Shown: positions 51,558-62,120, counted from the first letter of the stretch. The stretch is DNA of 64,000 nucleotides from Anaeromyxobacteraceae bacterium (GCA_032654565.1 JAULAX010000015.1:480001-544000); one strand, 5' to 3'. The notes: generated by a model from the sequence alone, not told the origin. Numbers and translations are program-made.

Positions 51558-52282
51558 GTGCCCACCGCCCGGGCGGCCTGGAGCGCCGCCACCTCGGCCC
51601 CTGGGCCGTCGCCCAGGATGCGGCCGTCCATGAGCTTGATGGCCCGGGGGCACCGGGCCGCCAGCTTCGCCTCGTGGGTCACCAGGATGATGGTGTGGCC
51701 GCGGGTGTTCAGCTCGCCGAAGAGCCGGACGATCTCCTCGCCGGTCTGCGAGTCGAGGTTGCCGGTCGGCTCGTCGGCGAGGAGGATCGAGGGCTCACCC
51801 ACCAGGGCGCGGGCGATGGCCACGCGCTGGCGCTGACCGCCGGAGAGTTCGTTGGGCCGGTGGTGCATCCGGTTGGACAGCCCCACCGAGCGGAGCGCCG
51901 ACTCGGCCATCTCGCGCCGCTGCCGCCGCGGCAGGCCGCGGTAGACCAGCGGCAGCTCCACGTTGGCCAGCGCCGTGGCCCGCGGCAGGAGCTGGAAGGT
52001 CTGGAAGACGAAGCCGATCTCCTTGTTGCGCAGGTCGGCGAGCTTGTCGTCGGAGAGGGTCTCGACGTCGGCGCCGTTGAGCCGGTAGGTGCCGGAGGTG
52101 GCGGTGTCGAGGCAGCCGAGCAGGTTCATCAACGTCGACTTGCCCGAGCCCGACTGGCCGACGATGGCCACCCACTCCCCCTTCACGATGTCGAAGGAGA
52201 CGCCGTCGAGCGCCCGCACCAGCTCGCCGCCCACCTCGTAGTGGCGGGAAAGGCGGTCGATGGAGATGAGCGGCCCGCTCAT
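51554..52282 (-). CDS. ABC ATP-binding protein (LolD/MacB type)
   Basis: [26 protein letters not shown]. Confidence 0.93.
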   Translation of the reverse strand: MSGPLISIDRLSRHYEVGGELVRALDGVSFDIVKGEWVAIVGQSGSGKSTLMNLLGCLDTATSGTYRLNGADVETLSDDKLADLRNKEIGFVFQTFQLLPRATALANVELPLVYRGLPRRQRREMAESALRSVGLSNRMHHRPNELSGGQRQRVAIARALVGEPSILLADEPTGNLDSQTGEEIVRLFGELNTRGHTIILVTHEAKLAARCPRAIKLMDGRILGDGPGAEVAALQAARAVGT

Positions 52283-53634
52283 GACCCCTTGGCCTTCCCC
52301 GCCTCGACCTTCTTGGCTGGCTCCTCCTCCTTCACCTTCTTGCCGTCGGCCAGCTCCTTGGAGAGCACCTTGTAGGGCCCTTCCACCACCTTCTCGCCAT
52401 CCTTCAACCCCGAGACGATCTCGATCTCGGTGTCCGAGGCCAGGCCGGTCTCCACCTGGCGCAGCCGGGCCACACCGTCCTGGACCACGAAGATCACCTT
52501 CTTGAGCAGCTCGCGCTTCACCTTCTTGCCGGGCACCTTCGGGGGCTGCGGCGCCACCAGGGCCTGGTCGCCTGCCGCCGGCTGGGCCAGCTCCTTCTCC
52601 GTCCGGACGGTCACCGCCGCGATGGGGACCACCACCGCGTTCTCCCGGGTGTCGGTGGAGACCGAGGCCTGGGCGCTCATCCCGGGCAGGGCGCCCGGCA
52701 CCACGTCGGTCAGCGCCATGCGCACGATGAAGGTGGTCACCTCCTGGTCGGTGCCGGCGTTCTTGACGGTGGCCTTGCGCGCCACCTCGACCACCTGGGC
52801 CTGGAACTTCCGGTCGGGGAAGGCGTCGATCTCGATGTCGGCGCGATCGCCCTCCTTCACGTAGACCACCTCGTGCTCGCCGATCTCCGCCTTCATCTCC
52901 ATCTTGGAGAGGGTGGCGATCACCATGATCACGTCCTCGGAGAAGTCGGAGCCTCGCACCCGCTCGCCCACCTGCTTGAGCCGCTGGGTGACGATTCCCT
53001 CGATGGGCGCCGTGATGGTGGTGAGCGAGAACTGGTGGCGAGCCTCGCGCAGCGCGGCGTCGGACTGGGCCAGCCGCTGCGCCGCCGAGGCGGCCTGGGC
53101 GCGGGCGCCGTCGTAGTCTGCGCGGGCCTTCTCGGCCTCGGCGGCGCTGGCGTTCTGGCCGGCCACCAGCCGCTCCACCCGGCCCAGCTCGGCCTTGAGC
53201 AGGGCGGCGCGGACGTTCTGCACGTCGACGTCGGCGGCCGCGCTGTTCCGGGCGGCCTCGGCCTGGTTGAGCTGGGCCCCGTAGCGGCGCGCGTCGATCT
53301 TCCCCAGCACCTGGCCGAGGGTGACCCGGTCACCCTCGCGGATGGCCAGCTCCACGAGATCACCGGTGATGTTGGAGGAGAGCTTCACCTCGGTGGCCGC
53401 CTGCAGCTTGCCGCCGCCGGTGACGATGCGGGTGATGGCCCCCTTGCGGGCGTTGACCGCCTGCACGGTGATGGGCGGCTCGGCCCGGGGCTTGAGGGAG
53501 GAGGCCACCACACCCACGATGGCCAGCACGAAGAGGCCGGCGACGATCCGCTTGGGCCAGCTCATGCGGACGGCGGAGGTGGCGGTGACGACGGCGGTGG
53601 CGGGTGGTTCGGGCGGCATGGTCTGGGCGTCCAT
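52279..53634 (-). CDS. periplasmic adaptor (MacA/HlyD family)
   Basis: TM anchor, lipoyl/hairpin segments ITAPIEG and [15 protein letters not shown]. Confidence 0.9.
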   Translation of the reverse strand: MDAQTMPPEPPATAVVTATSAVRMSWPKRIVAGLFVLAIVGVVASSLKPRAEPPITVQAVNARKGAITRIVTGGGKLQAATEVKLSSNITGDLVELAIREGDRVTLGQVLGKIDARRYGAQLNQAEAARNSAAADVDVQNVRAALLKAELGRVERLVAGQNASAAEAEKARADYDGARAQAASAAQRLAQSDAALREARHQFSLTTITAPIEGIVTQRLKQVGERVRGSDFSEDVIMVIATLSKMEMKAEIGEHEVVYVKEGDRADIEIDAFPDRKFQAQVVEVARKATVKNAGTDQEVTTFIVRMALTDVVPGALPGMSAQASVSTDTRENAVVVPIAAVTVRTEKELAQPAAGDQALVAPQPPKVPGKKVKRELLKKVIFVVQDGVARLRQVETGLASDTEIEIVSGLKDGEKVVEGPYKVLSKELADGKKVKEEEPAKKVEAGKAKGS

Positions 53635-54981
53635 CTAGAGGGCTCCTCCCACGGCGCGCGCCAGGTCGGCGGTGGCGACAGCGTGGTCGATGCGGGCTTG
53701 CACGAGCGAGAGCTCGGCCTGGGTGAACTTCAAGGAGGCGTCGCGGACCTCGAGCTGCGAGGCCAACCCGGCCTCGAGCCTCTGCCGGGCCAGCGCCAGC
53801 GACTGCTCGGCGGCGCCGAGGTTGTCGGCGGAGAGGGTGACCTGGGTGGCCAGCGCCACCACCATCTGCCGGGCCGAGGTCACCTCGCGGGCCACCGCGT
53901 CGGAGATCTTGCCGGCGGTGGCGCGGACCTTCTCGGCGCCGGCCTCGGCGCGGGCCACGCCGGCCTCGGTGGAGCGGCCGGCGAAGAGGTTCCAGGCCAG
54001 CACCAGCCCGACGCTGGCGCTGTAGGCGCGGGCCGGGTTGGAGAAGACGCCGTCGGCGGTGGGGCTGTCGACGGCGGCGCCGCCGGAGCGCTGGTAGGCG
54101 GCCTGCAGGCCCAGCGTGGGCCAGTAGGCGAAGCGGGCGGCCGAGAGCGACGCCTCGGAGGCCTCGACCTGGGCGCTGGCCGCGGCCAGCGAGGGGCGGC
54201 GCTCGCGGGCGCGGGTCATCAGCGCCTCGAGCGGCGGGGGCTCGCCGGAGGGACGGCCCGGCCCCTCCACCGTCGACGGCGCCACCACCTCGACGGCGTC
54301 GTCGCCGGGCTGGCCGAGCGCCAGGGCCAGGTCGGCGCGCGCCTGCACCAGCCGGGTCCGCCCCTGCTCCACCTGGATCCGGTCGTTGCCGAGGTTGACC
54401 CGGGCGGCGTAGGTGTCGCTCTTCTGGGCGCGGCCGGCGGCGTAGAGGGCGTCGGCCCGCTCCGCCAGCTCGGCGCTCCGGGTGGCGGCCTTCTCCAGCA
54501 CCTGCAGCGAGCGCTCCGCCTTGAGGAGCTCGTAGAAGCGGCGGGTGACGTCGAAGGCGACGGTGAGACGCGACTCCTCCCAGGTGCGGGCGGCGGCGCG
54601 CTCGGCGGCCCGCGCCTGCGAGATGGTGCGCATGGCGGCCAGGTTGACCAGCGGCTGGGTGAGCTGGAGCCCGAACGAGTAGGCGGCCGAGTCGGTGGCG
54701 GGGCCGTTGGCGGGCAGGAGGGTGCTGCTGCTGGAGTCGAACCGCAGGGTCTTGCTCGGCCCGAAGAACTGGTGACCCGCCGTGCTGGTCAGGTCGAGCC
54801 GGGGCAGCACCCCCTGCCAGGCCGCCAGCCCGTCGGCGCCGGCCAGGCGGGCGTCGGCCCGGGCGATGCCGAGGTCGCGGCTCTGCCGGGCGGCCAGCGC
54901 CAGGGCCTCGTCGAGGGTGAGCGGCGCGGCCGCGGCCAAGAGCGGCGCGGCGAGGAGCAGGGCGAGCAGGGTTCGGGTCAT
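53635..54981 (-). CDS. TolC-family outer membrane efflux protein
   Basis: Signal peptide, LTLDEALALA, two OEP-like repeats (LPRLDL / WPTLGL). Confidence 0.88.
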   Translation of the reverse strand: MTRTLLALLLAAPLLAAAAPLTLDEALALAARQSRDLGIARADARLAGADGLAAWQGVLPRLDLTSTAGHQFFGPSKTLRFDSSSSTLLPANGPATDSAAYSFGLQLTQPLVNLAAMRTISQARAAERAAARTWEESRLTVAFDVTRRFYELLKAERSLQVLEKAATRSAELAERADALYAAGRAQKSDTYAARVNLGNDRIQVEQGRTRLVQARADLALALGQPGDDAVEVVAPSTVEGPGRPSGEPPPLEALMTRARERRPSLAAASAQVEASEASLSAARFAYWPTLGLQAAYQRSGGAAVDSPTADGVFSNPARAYSASVGLVLAWNLFAGRSTEAGVARAEAGAEKVRATAGKISDAVAREVTSARQMVVALATQVTLSADNLGAAEQSLALARQRLEAGLASQLEVRDASLKFTQAELSLVQARIDHAVATADLARAVGGAL

Positions 54982-54986
54982 GGGGA

Positions 54987-55745
54987 TCACTTGCCGGCCG
55001 GCTGGGCGCGGGCTTCGGCCTGCGCGGCGACCATGGCGGCGGCGGGGGCGACGCGGAGGAAGGCGACCTGGGCCAGCCAGAGCAGGCCGACCACGGTGGC
55101 GGCGCGGCGGATGGTGGCGCCGGAGAGGCGCGCCATCCCCAGCGTCAGCAGGACCAGCGACCAGGCGGCGAACAGGTCGATGGAGGAGAGGGCGGCCAGC
55201 AGCACCGGCGAGGCCTGGTCGGGCAGGAAGGCGGCCAGGCTGGAGGGCAGCAGGCGCCCCAGCGTCTCGGCGTCCACCGGCGCCCTCCAGACCAGGGCCG
55301 GCAGCATGAGCAGCGGCGCCAGCAGCACCGGGAGCAGGGCGTGGGCGGTCACCGCCACGGTCCCCTTGAGCGGTGGCGTGGTCCCGGCCACCTTGAAGGC
55401 CAGCCAGATGAAGAAGGCGGCCGCCAGCACCGAGAAGCCGGGTTCGAAGGTGGAGCCGGCGTAGACGGCGATGCTCCCCACCTTGCGGGCCTGCTCGATG
55501 GCCTCCTCGCGCTGGAACGGGGACATCTCGGCCTGGGCCGGTGCCAGGTCGAGCTTGCGCTCGGCGGCCCGGGCGAAGTCGAGCCGGGGGACGGCCACCA
55601 CCGCGACCAGGACCGAGGCGGCGGTGGCGATGAGGATGGCGACCAGGCTGCGCCGGCGGGCGACCACGAGATCGAGGCCGCGGCGGGGGGAGGTGAGGAC
55701 GGCTGCGGCGGTGGCGCCGTCTTCCTTCATATCGGTGCGGGACAT
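54987..55745 (-). CDS. Yip1-family membrane protein (YknW-like)
   Basis: VLTSP..., SIDLFAAWSLVLL; multi-TM; first gene of the exporter operon. Confidence 0.75.
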   Translation of the reverse strand: MSRTDMKEDGATAAAVLTSPRRGLDLVVARRRSLVAILIATAASVLVAVVAVPRLDFARAAERKLDLAPAQAEMSPFQREEAIEQARKVGSIAVYAGSTFEPGFSVLAAAFFIWLAFKVAGTTPPLKGTVAVTAHALLPVLLAPLLMLPALVWRAPVDAETLGRLLPSSLAAFLPDQASPVLLAALSSIDLFAAWSLVLLTLGMARLSGATIRRAATVVGLLWLAQVAFLRVAPAAAMVAAQAEARAQPAGK

Positions 55746-55762
55746 GGTGGGCTTGTGCCCCC

Positions 55763-55790
55763 TTACGAGGCGGGGCGGCGGGGTATTTCG
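55763..55790 (-). promoter_or_regulatory. possible ECF-sigma promoter
   Basis: Minus strand CGAAAT-N17-CGTAA, 17 nt upstream of the Yip1 ATG. Confidence 0.35.
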
Positions 55791-55881
55791 CTGCGCGACG
55801 CGGTGGGATCGCGGATTGTTCTGCTGGAAACCTAGAGAGGGCGCTCCGCCCTTCCTGTGACACCGGAGAAAACCCAGGAAT

Positions 55882-56721
55882 TCAAGGGGCCAACGGGGGG
55901 AGCCGGGCCAGCCTGGCCCGGTTGTCGAGCGCCGCGAAGACCGCCAGGCCGGTCAGCGGCCGGGACGAGGCCACCCGCTGCCGCTCCAGGAAGAGGGCCA
56001 GGGGCTCCTCCACCACCCGCTGCACGGTCGGCCAGGAGCTGGCGTGGCGCACCCAGCGCCGCCCCCCCTTCACCACCACCAGGCCGCCGTGGGTGACCCG
56101 GGTCAGCTGGTCGAGCCGCTCCTCGCGGACCACCCAGAGGACGGCGCCGTCGGGCAGCCGCGCCTCCAGGGCCAGCAGCGCCGCCGGCGGGATCACCTCG
56201 GCGCTGAAGCGTCCGAGCGGCAGCCGCGCCACGGGCACTCCGGCCAGCCGCCGCCCCCGCTTCGCCAGCCGGTCCCAGCGCTCGCGGTCGTAGCTGGTGG
56301 CCACCTCCACCGTCGCGGCGCCGGCCAGCTCGCGCGAGATGGGGCGGAGCCAGCCCTTCTCCACGTTGCGCGGGATCCACTGCGAGAGCACCTCGTGGTC
56401 GCGGTCGGCGATGCTGACCTCGCCGCCGTAGCGCAGGTCGTCGAGGGCGCGGCGCACCTCGTCGTCGCTCCGGCCGGCCCCCAGCGCCAGGGCGGTCTCG
56501 ATGAAGGTGACGCAGTCGAAGGCGTCGAGCCGGAAGCGGGGATCGGGGTCGGGGCCGCGCCCCTCGCCGAGCGGGCCGAGCTGGTAGCGGACGCCCACCA
56601 GCGGCGCCGAGGCGGCGGCGGCGCGCGCTCCGCCGGGGGGCGCCTCGCCGGCGGCGGCCAGCAGCGCGGCCAGCCGGTCCGGGGCGGCGGCGAGCAGCAG
56701 GGTGAGAGCCAGGGCCAGCAC
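55882..56721 (-). CDS. DUF1460-like amidase (NlpC/P60-related), secreted
   Basis: Signal peptide, LDAFDCVTFIETALAL, VTHGGLV, VRHASS. Confidence 0.8.
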   Translation of the reverse strand: MLALALTLLLAAAPDRLAALLAAAGEAPPGGARAAAASAPLVGVRYQLGPLGEGRGPDPDPRFRLDAFDCVTFIETALALGAGRSDDEVRRALDDLRYGGEVSIADRDHEVLSQWIPRNVEKGWLRPISRELAGAATVEVATSYDRERWDRLAKRGRRLAGVPVARLPLGRFSAEVIPPAALLALEARLPDGAVLWVVREERLDQLTRVTHGGLVVVKGGRRWVRHASSWPTVQRVVEEPLALFLERQRVASSRPLTGLAVFAALDNRARLARLPPLAP

Positions 56722-56816
56722 GCGGGGAGCATAGCCCGCTCCGCCGCTGGCCAGCGCCGCCGGCGCGTGACAGAAGGGGACGACGCGCCCGGCCGGGCGC
56801 GGGGCGGGAGGCGCGG

Positions 56817-57518
56817 ATGCGGCTGGCGGTGATCGGGGCCGGAGGGGTGGGCGGGCTGCTGGCCGGGCTGGCGGCGCGGGCCGGGCTGGAGGTGGCGCTG
56901 CTGGCGCGGGGCGAGGCGCTGGCCGCCGTCCGGGCCGACGGGCTGCGGGTGACCTCCGGGGGGGAGACGTTCACCGCGCGTCCTGCCGCGGTCTCCGACG
57001 ATCCGGCGGCGCTTGGACGATGTGATGCCGTGCTGGTGGCGGTGAAGAGCTGGCAGGTGGCGGCGCTGAACGGGGCCGGGGTGGTGGCCTCGGTGAGCGA
57101 GGCCATCGAGGTGGTGGCCTGGGAGAAGCTGCTGTTCGTGGCCCCCTTCGGCGCGGTGGGGGCGGTGAGCCGGGCGCCGGCCGGGGCGCTGCGGGAGACG
57201 CCGGAGACGCGGCGGCTGCTGGCCGGCCTGATCGCCGAGGGGGCGGCGGTGGCGCGGGCGCGGGGCGTGGCGCTCCACGGCGACGTGGTGGCGCGGACGC
57301 TGGCCCTGCTCGACGGGGTGGCCTGGGGGGCGACGGTCTCGATGCAGCGCGACCTCGCCGCCGGCCGCCCCTCGGAGCTGCAGGATCAGACCGGCGCGGT
57401 GGTGCGGCTCGGCGCCGAGGCGGGCGTTCCGGTGCCGCTCCACGAGGCGCTGCTGGCGGCGCTGCTGCCGCTGGAGCGGTCGGCCTGTGGCGTTGCGCCA
57501 CGCTTCCAGCGGACCTGA
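56817..57518 (+). pseudogene. panE: 2-dehydropantoate 2-reductase with an apparent in-frame internal deletion
   Basis: GAGGVG, VAVKSWQ, WEKL, SMQRD..GRPSE present; the LQNG-containing middle segment is absent (233 aa). Confidence 0.7.
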
Positions 57519-57730
57519 GCTTCGACCTGGGCCCGGTCCCGTGGACAGTCGGCCCTTGCGGGGGTGGTCGGAGGGGTGAAGCGTGCTGCAAGGTGGGCAG
57601 TTTCGTGCGTTTCAATCGCGCAACGATTTTTGTCGATTTACATCTCCTTGAAATCACAGACATAACTCCCGACCGAGGGTAATCTGAAGAAGACATTTAA
57701 CGCGCCGCGGCTTGCGCAATTCCCGACATT

Positions 57731-57746
57731 CGGCGAACGATTTGCA
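57731..57746 (+). promoter_or_regulatory. putative sigma54 promoter for the porin gene
   Basis: CGGCGAACGATTTGCA (GG-N10-GC), downstream of an AT-rich region. Confidence 0.5.
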
Positions 57747-57836
57747 CACAGAAGCCCGCGAAGCCCCCCCGAAGCCCACCCACGCCGCTCCCCTTTTGCG
57801 GATGCCGGCGAGTCAGTTCAACGGAGGAACACAGAC

Positions 57837-59111
57837 GTGAACAACCTGCGCTCCCTGATGTCCGCCACGCTGCTCGCGCTCGCCGTCATGGCGCCCGCGG
57901 CCCGCGCCGCCGATGAGACCCCCAACCCCTGGAAGTTCGAGTTCCACGGCCTCATTTCCGCGTCGATGTACTACCAGGACCAGGCCTTCGCCAATGCACA
58001 GGGCCAGGGTCTGATGCTTGCGGCGCCTGCACCCACCAACGTGGCTGGTGGCAACTGCCTTCCGGCCGGCACCTGCGCCAACCCGAAGTCGGCCAGCATG
58101 ATGTCCGGCGACATCCGCAACAGCCGCTTCTCCTTCGCCATGTCGGGCCCGAAGGTCTTCGGCGACGCGCAGCCGCGCGCCTACCTCGAGTTCGACCTCT
58201 TCGGCCCGAACGGCAATGGCAACTTCGGCAGCGAGCAGAACATCCCGCGCATCCGCGCGGCCATCGCGGAGCTCAAGCTCGGCAACACCACCGTCCAGGT
58301 CGGCCAGCAGAACCAGCTGGTGGTCCAGCAGATCATCGGCTCGCTCGGCCACCTCTCCAACCCGGTCTCCTACGGCGCCGGCACCATCGCCTGGCGGACC
58401 CCCGGCGTCCGGGTGACGCACGCCATCCCGATGGAGGCCCTGAAGCTGACGCTGGCGATCGAGGCGGTCAAGAACAAGTGGGCCGAGTCGGCCACGGCCC
58501 TCACCGGCGGTGCCACCAACCCGGCCACCATCGGGCTCGGCGAGGCGTCGGGTATGCCGATGATCCAGGGCATGGCGCGCGTCGACGGCACCGGCGGCCC
58601 GGTCAAGTTCGTCGGCTACCTGGTCGGCGTCTACCACTCCGTCGACCTGAACGGCTTCGGTGACGGCCAGGCCCTCCCCGCCTATGCCGCCGGCAAGAAG
58701 AGCATCGACGGCAACGTGATCGAGGTGGGCGGCAACGTCACCTTCGCCCCGGTCAACCTCGCCTTCAACTGGTACACCGGCAAGTCCACCGGCAACATGC
58801 TCGGCGCCATCGCCCAGTTCGGCGACATCAAGGACACCGGCTACTGGGTCCAGCTGGCCGGCTACGCCACCAAGGAGCTGTCGCTCAGCGTCGCCTACGG
58901 CGCCAACACCCCCGACAAGGCCGACGTTCGCCGCACCGGCAACGCCCGCCTCGCCAACAACGTCGTCGGCGGCCTGCTCAAGTACCAGGACGGCAGCTAC
59001 GCCGTCGGCGTCGAGGGCTGGCAGACCACCACCACCTGGGCCACGACGGCCACCACCCAGCTGGACACCAAGGGCCTGCAGGTCATGGCCACCGTCAACT
59101 ACTCCTTCTAG
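57837..59111 (+). CDS. outer-membrane beta-barrel porin-like protein
   Basis: GGAGG RBS, signal peptide ARA-ADE, amphipathic beta-strands, YLEFD, C-terminal VNYSF. Confidence 0.78.
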   Translation: MNNLRSLMSATLLALAVMAPAARAADETPNPWKFEFHGLISASMYYQDQAFANAQGQGLMLAAPAPTNVAGGNCLPAGTCANPKSASMMSGDIRNSRFSFAMSGPKVFGDAQPRAYLEFDLFGPNGNGNFGSEQNIPRIRAAIAELKLGNTTVQVGQQNQLVVQQIIGSLGHLSNPVSYGAGTIAWRTPGVRVTHAIPMEALKLTLAIEAVKNKWAESATALTGGATNPATIGLGEASGMPMIQGMARVDGTGGPVKFVGYLVGVYHSVDLNGFGDGQALPAYAAGKKSIDGNVIEVGGNVTFAPVNLAFNWYTGKSTGNMLGAIAQFGDIKDTGYWVQLAGYATKELSLSVAYGANTPDKADVRRTGNARLANNVVGGLLKYQDGSYAVGVEGWQTTTTWATTATTQLDTKGLQVMATVNYSF

Positions 59112-59130
59112 TCGGCGACCCGCTTCACGG

Positions 59131-59165
59131 AACCCCGGTCCCGCTCACGCGGGGCCGGGGTTTCT
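59131..59165. terminator. intrinsic terminator between the convergent porin and guaC genes
   Basis: AACCCCGGTCCCGC-TCAC-GCGGGGCCGGGGTT hairpin followed by T-rich sequence. Confidence 0.8.
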
Positions 59166-59170
59166 CATTT

Positions 59171-60178
59171 CTACAGCATGGCCTTGTGCGGCAGCGACTC
59201 GCGCCAGCCGCTCGGCGTGATCACCGTGTAGTTGAGCTTGCGCTGCAGCTCCTTCACGGTCTGGCTGCCGGCGTAGGTGAGGCCGGAGCGAAGTCCGCCC
59301 ACCAGGTCGCCGATGATCCGGTCCTCGTCCTCGCGCCAGGGGACGGTGGTGGAGATCCCCTCGGCGGTCTTCCACTCGGCGATGCCGCCGTGGTGGTCCT
59401 CGGCCACCTCGCGGCTGGCCATGCCACGAAAGGTCTTCGCCCAGCTGCCGTCGGGCTGCTGCACGCGCTCGCCCGGGGTGGGGCGGGTCCCGGCCAGCAT
59501 CCCGCCGATCATCACGAAGTCGGCGCCGAAGGCCAGCGCCTTGACCACGTCGCCGGCGTAGCGGATGCCGCCGTCGGCGACGATGGAGCGGTCGCAGCGG
59601 GCGCAGTCCTGGATGGCGGTGAGCTGGGGCACTCCGTGGCCGGTCTTGATGCGGGTGGTGCAGACGCTCCCCGGCCCGATGCCCACCTTGACGATGTCGG
59701 CCCCCACCGAGGCCAGGTAGTCGGCGCCGGCGTAGGTGGCCACGTTGCCGGCCATCAGGCAGGCGTTGGGGAGCAGCTCGCGCAGCCGCTTCAGGGTCTT
59801 GCCCATGTAGCGGGCGTGGCCGTGGGCCACGTCGACCACGAAGAAGTCGGCTCCGGCGTCGCGCAGCGCCTCGGCCCGCTGCAGCTCCTCCACCGAGGTG
59901 CCCACCGAGACGAAGGCCTTGGTGGTGCAGGCCTTGAACTCGGCGACGTTGCGGTCCACCGGCATGAAGCGGTGGAGCACGCCGATGCCCCCCTTGCCGC
60001 CGATGAAGTTGGCCATCGCCGACTCGGTGATGGTGTCCATGTTGGCGGTCATCAGCGGCAGCTGCAGCGTCAGCTTGCCGGTCCGGTCGGTGACCGAGGT
60101 GTCGACGTGCTGGCGCGACTCGTAGTGGTTGTAGGCCGGGACCAGCAGGACGTCGTCGAAGGTGAAGGCTTCGCGCAT
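59171..60178 (-). CDS. guaC: GMP reductase (IMPDH/GMPR family, no CBS domains)
   Basis: [19 protein letters not shown], flap FRGMAS...[11 protein letters not shown] resembles [13 protein letters not shown]. Confidence 0.75.
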   Translation of the reverse strand: MREAFTFDDVLLVPAYNHYESRQHVDTSVTDRTGKLTLQLPLMTANMDTITESAMANFIGGKGGIGVLHRFMPVDRNVAEFKACTTKAFVSVGTSVEELQRAEALRDAGADFFVVDVAHGHARYMGKTLKRLRELLPNACLMAGNVATYAGADYLASVGADIVKVGIGPGSVCTTRIKTGHGVPQLTAIQDCARCDRSIVADGGIRYAGDVVKALAFGADFVMIGGMLAGTRPTPGERVQQPDGSWAKTFRGMASREVAEDHHGGIAEWKTAEGISTTVPWREDEDRIIGDLVGGLRSGLTYAGSQTVKELQRKLNYTVITPSGWRESLPHKAML

Positions 60179-60198
60179 GGGGGATTGGGCTCCGGGGG

Positions 60199-61680
60199 CT
60201 ACGGCGTGCGGGGGGCGGGGGAAGCGGGCGTGGCCGGGGCCGGCGTCGCCCGGGAGGCGGGGGCGGGAACGGGGGGCGTCGCCGGGGCGGCCGGCGCGAC
60301 GTAGAGGTCGAGCACCTGGTCGAGGGTGCGGCGGCAGACGGCGCAGAAGGGGACCGGGTCGCGCGAGAACATGACGCAGTCGGCCTGCGGCCGGTATGAG
60401 CCGGTGGCCTCGTAGTTGGCCCCCTCGAAGGCCCCCACCCGTCCGTTGAGCGGCGAGAGCAGCGCCGTCTCCTCCCGCTGCTGCAGCGTGAAGAGGGCGT
60501 CCATCTCCGCCTCCGGCCCGTTGCGGGCGCGGATGGCCTTGCGCTGCGCCTGGACCTCGCGGGCCCGCGCCGTGAACTCGGCCTTGGGCCAGGGGGTGGG
60601 GAGCGGCGCGCCGGGCGTGACCAGGTCGGCCCACTTGGCCGCCTTCGGATCGAGGGTGACGTTCCGCTCCCAGGGCTCGACCCGCCCCTCGGCCGGCAGG
60701 TAGGCGGTGTCGCTGGTGAAGTACTCGTCGGCCAGCGCCGCCACCGAGTGGCCCAGCTCGTGGACGAAGACGTAGGGGGCCCACGTCGAGCGGGCCGCCA
60801 CCGTGGTGTAGAGGTTGAAGATGCCGCCCCCGCCGTAGGTGTCGCTGTTGGCGAGGATGGCCAGGGCGTCGTAGGGGGCGAAGGAGGCGACGTCGCGCAG
60901 GGTGCGGTTCTCGAAGCTGAGCAGGTAGCGCTCCGAGCCGAAGGCGTCGTAGGTGGCGCCGACCCGGCTGCGCCGGTGGATGCCGGTGGATGGGCGGGAG
61001 ACGCCCGGCTCCACCGCCGGCGGGCAGAGCCCCCAGACGTTGACGTCGGCCCGCCGGGACCGCCACGGCTCCACCTCGAAGAGGGCCTTCATCAGCCGCC
61101 GGGCGTCGGCCTCGAAGCGGGGGCGGTCGGCGGCCAGGTAGCCGTCGCCGATGAGCAGCAGGTCGAACTTCTGGGAGGGTGGGCCGCTCTTCTGCAGGGC
61201 GATGAGCGGGCCGGGGGAGGCCGGCGGGGCATTGTCGACGAACGGGTCGCGGGGGTCGATGAGCAGCGTCCAGGCCACCACCAGCGACTGGTCGGGGGCC
61301 CGCTTCTTCACCACCACCTTCACCGGCGCCGTGGGGGTGGGGAAGCGCAGTGACTCGGAGAAGGTGCGGGCCTGCCGGCGCGCCTCGTCGGTGGTCTCCC
61401 ACTCGCCGTAGATGGAGGCGAAGCCGCGCGAGTAGAGCAGGGCGTCGCTCTGCTGGTCACGGACCTCGAAGAGGTACTTCCCCAGCCCCAGCCCGTCGAC
61501 GGCCCGGTCGAGCCGGCCGGGGAAGGGCAGCGGCTCGATCACCAGCCGGTCGAGCGAGAAGGTCTCGGCGGCGGCGGTGCCGGTGTGGAAGTAGTCGACC
61601 CGGAAGGTGAGCGGGCGCGTCGGCGGCGCCGCCGGGGCGGCGAGGGCGAGGACGGCGACGAGGGCGGGTATTGCGAGCAT
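60199..61680 (-). CDS. secreted M64-family metallopeptidase
   Basis: Signal peptide, GDGY, YGGGG, HELGHSVAALADEY, C-terminal CVM...FCAVC. Confidence 0.88.
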   Translation of the reverse strand: MLAIPALVAVLALAAPAAPPTRPLTFRVDYFHTGTAAAETFSLDRLVIEPLPFPGRLDRAVDGLGLGKYLFEVRDQQSDALLYSRGFASIYGEWETTDEARRQARTFSESLRFPTPTAPVKVVVKKRAPDQSLVVAWTLLIDPRDPFVDNAPPASPGPLIALQKSGPPSQKFDLLLIGDGYLAADRPRFEADARRLMKALFEVEPWRSRRADVNVWGLCPPAVEPGVSRPSTGIHRRSRVGATYDAFGSERYLLSFENRTLRDVASFAPYDALAILANSDTYGGGGIFNLYTTVAARSTWAPYVFVHELGHSVAALADEYFTSDTAYLPAEGRVEPWERNVTLDPKAAKWADLVTPGAPLPTPWPKAEFTARAREVQAQRKAIRARNGPEAEMDALFTLQQREETALLSPLNGRVGAFEGANYEATGSYRPQADCVMFSRDPVPFCAVCRRTLDQVLDLYVAPAAPATPPVPAPASRATPAPATPASPAPRTP

Positions 61681-61808
61681 GGTCCGGTCATACCGCGCCG
61701 CGACCGCCCCGGCACCGGGAGATGGCCCTTTGGGACCAGCGGCCCCTCCGGGTCGAAAGCGTCCGCGAGGTTGCGCCACCCCCGGTGTGCGATCTAGCCT
61801 CTCTCCCG

Positions 61809-61994
61809 ATGCCGCCGCTTCCCCCAGACAGGCCGACCGCGCCCCGCCAGCTTCCGGCGGAGCTGCTGCCGTTCAAGCCGTGGATGCTGGCGCTGGCCGT
61901 CTTCACCGCCTGCGCGCTCGGCATCGCCATCATGGAAGACCTGCGCTCGCCCCGCGACCTGTGGGCGCAGAACGGCGCCGCCTCGCGCCGCTAG
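61809..61994 (+). CDS. small single-TM protein
   Basis: WMLALAVFTACALGIAIM TM segment; host-like codons; TAGCCT 8 nt upstream. Confidence 0.5.
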   Translation: MPPLPPDRPTAPRQLPAELLPFKPWMLALAVFTACALGIAIMEDLRSPRDLWAQNGAASRR

Positions 61995-62120
61995 GTCGCC
62001 CCCCGCAACCCTGGCCATCCTCGGTGGTGCGCCTGGCCAGGGCGCGACGACGCCCGGGCGCGTCGCCGGGACGCTGCGGGGCGGTTGACTCGCCGCACCC
62101 GGCGGAGTGACAACCTCCAC

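Noticed and set aside
59171..61402. 743-aa ORF as an N-terminally extended IMPDH
   Set aside because: Homology starts at MREAFTFDD (60178); the upstream part overlaps the M64 peptidase in another frame
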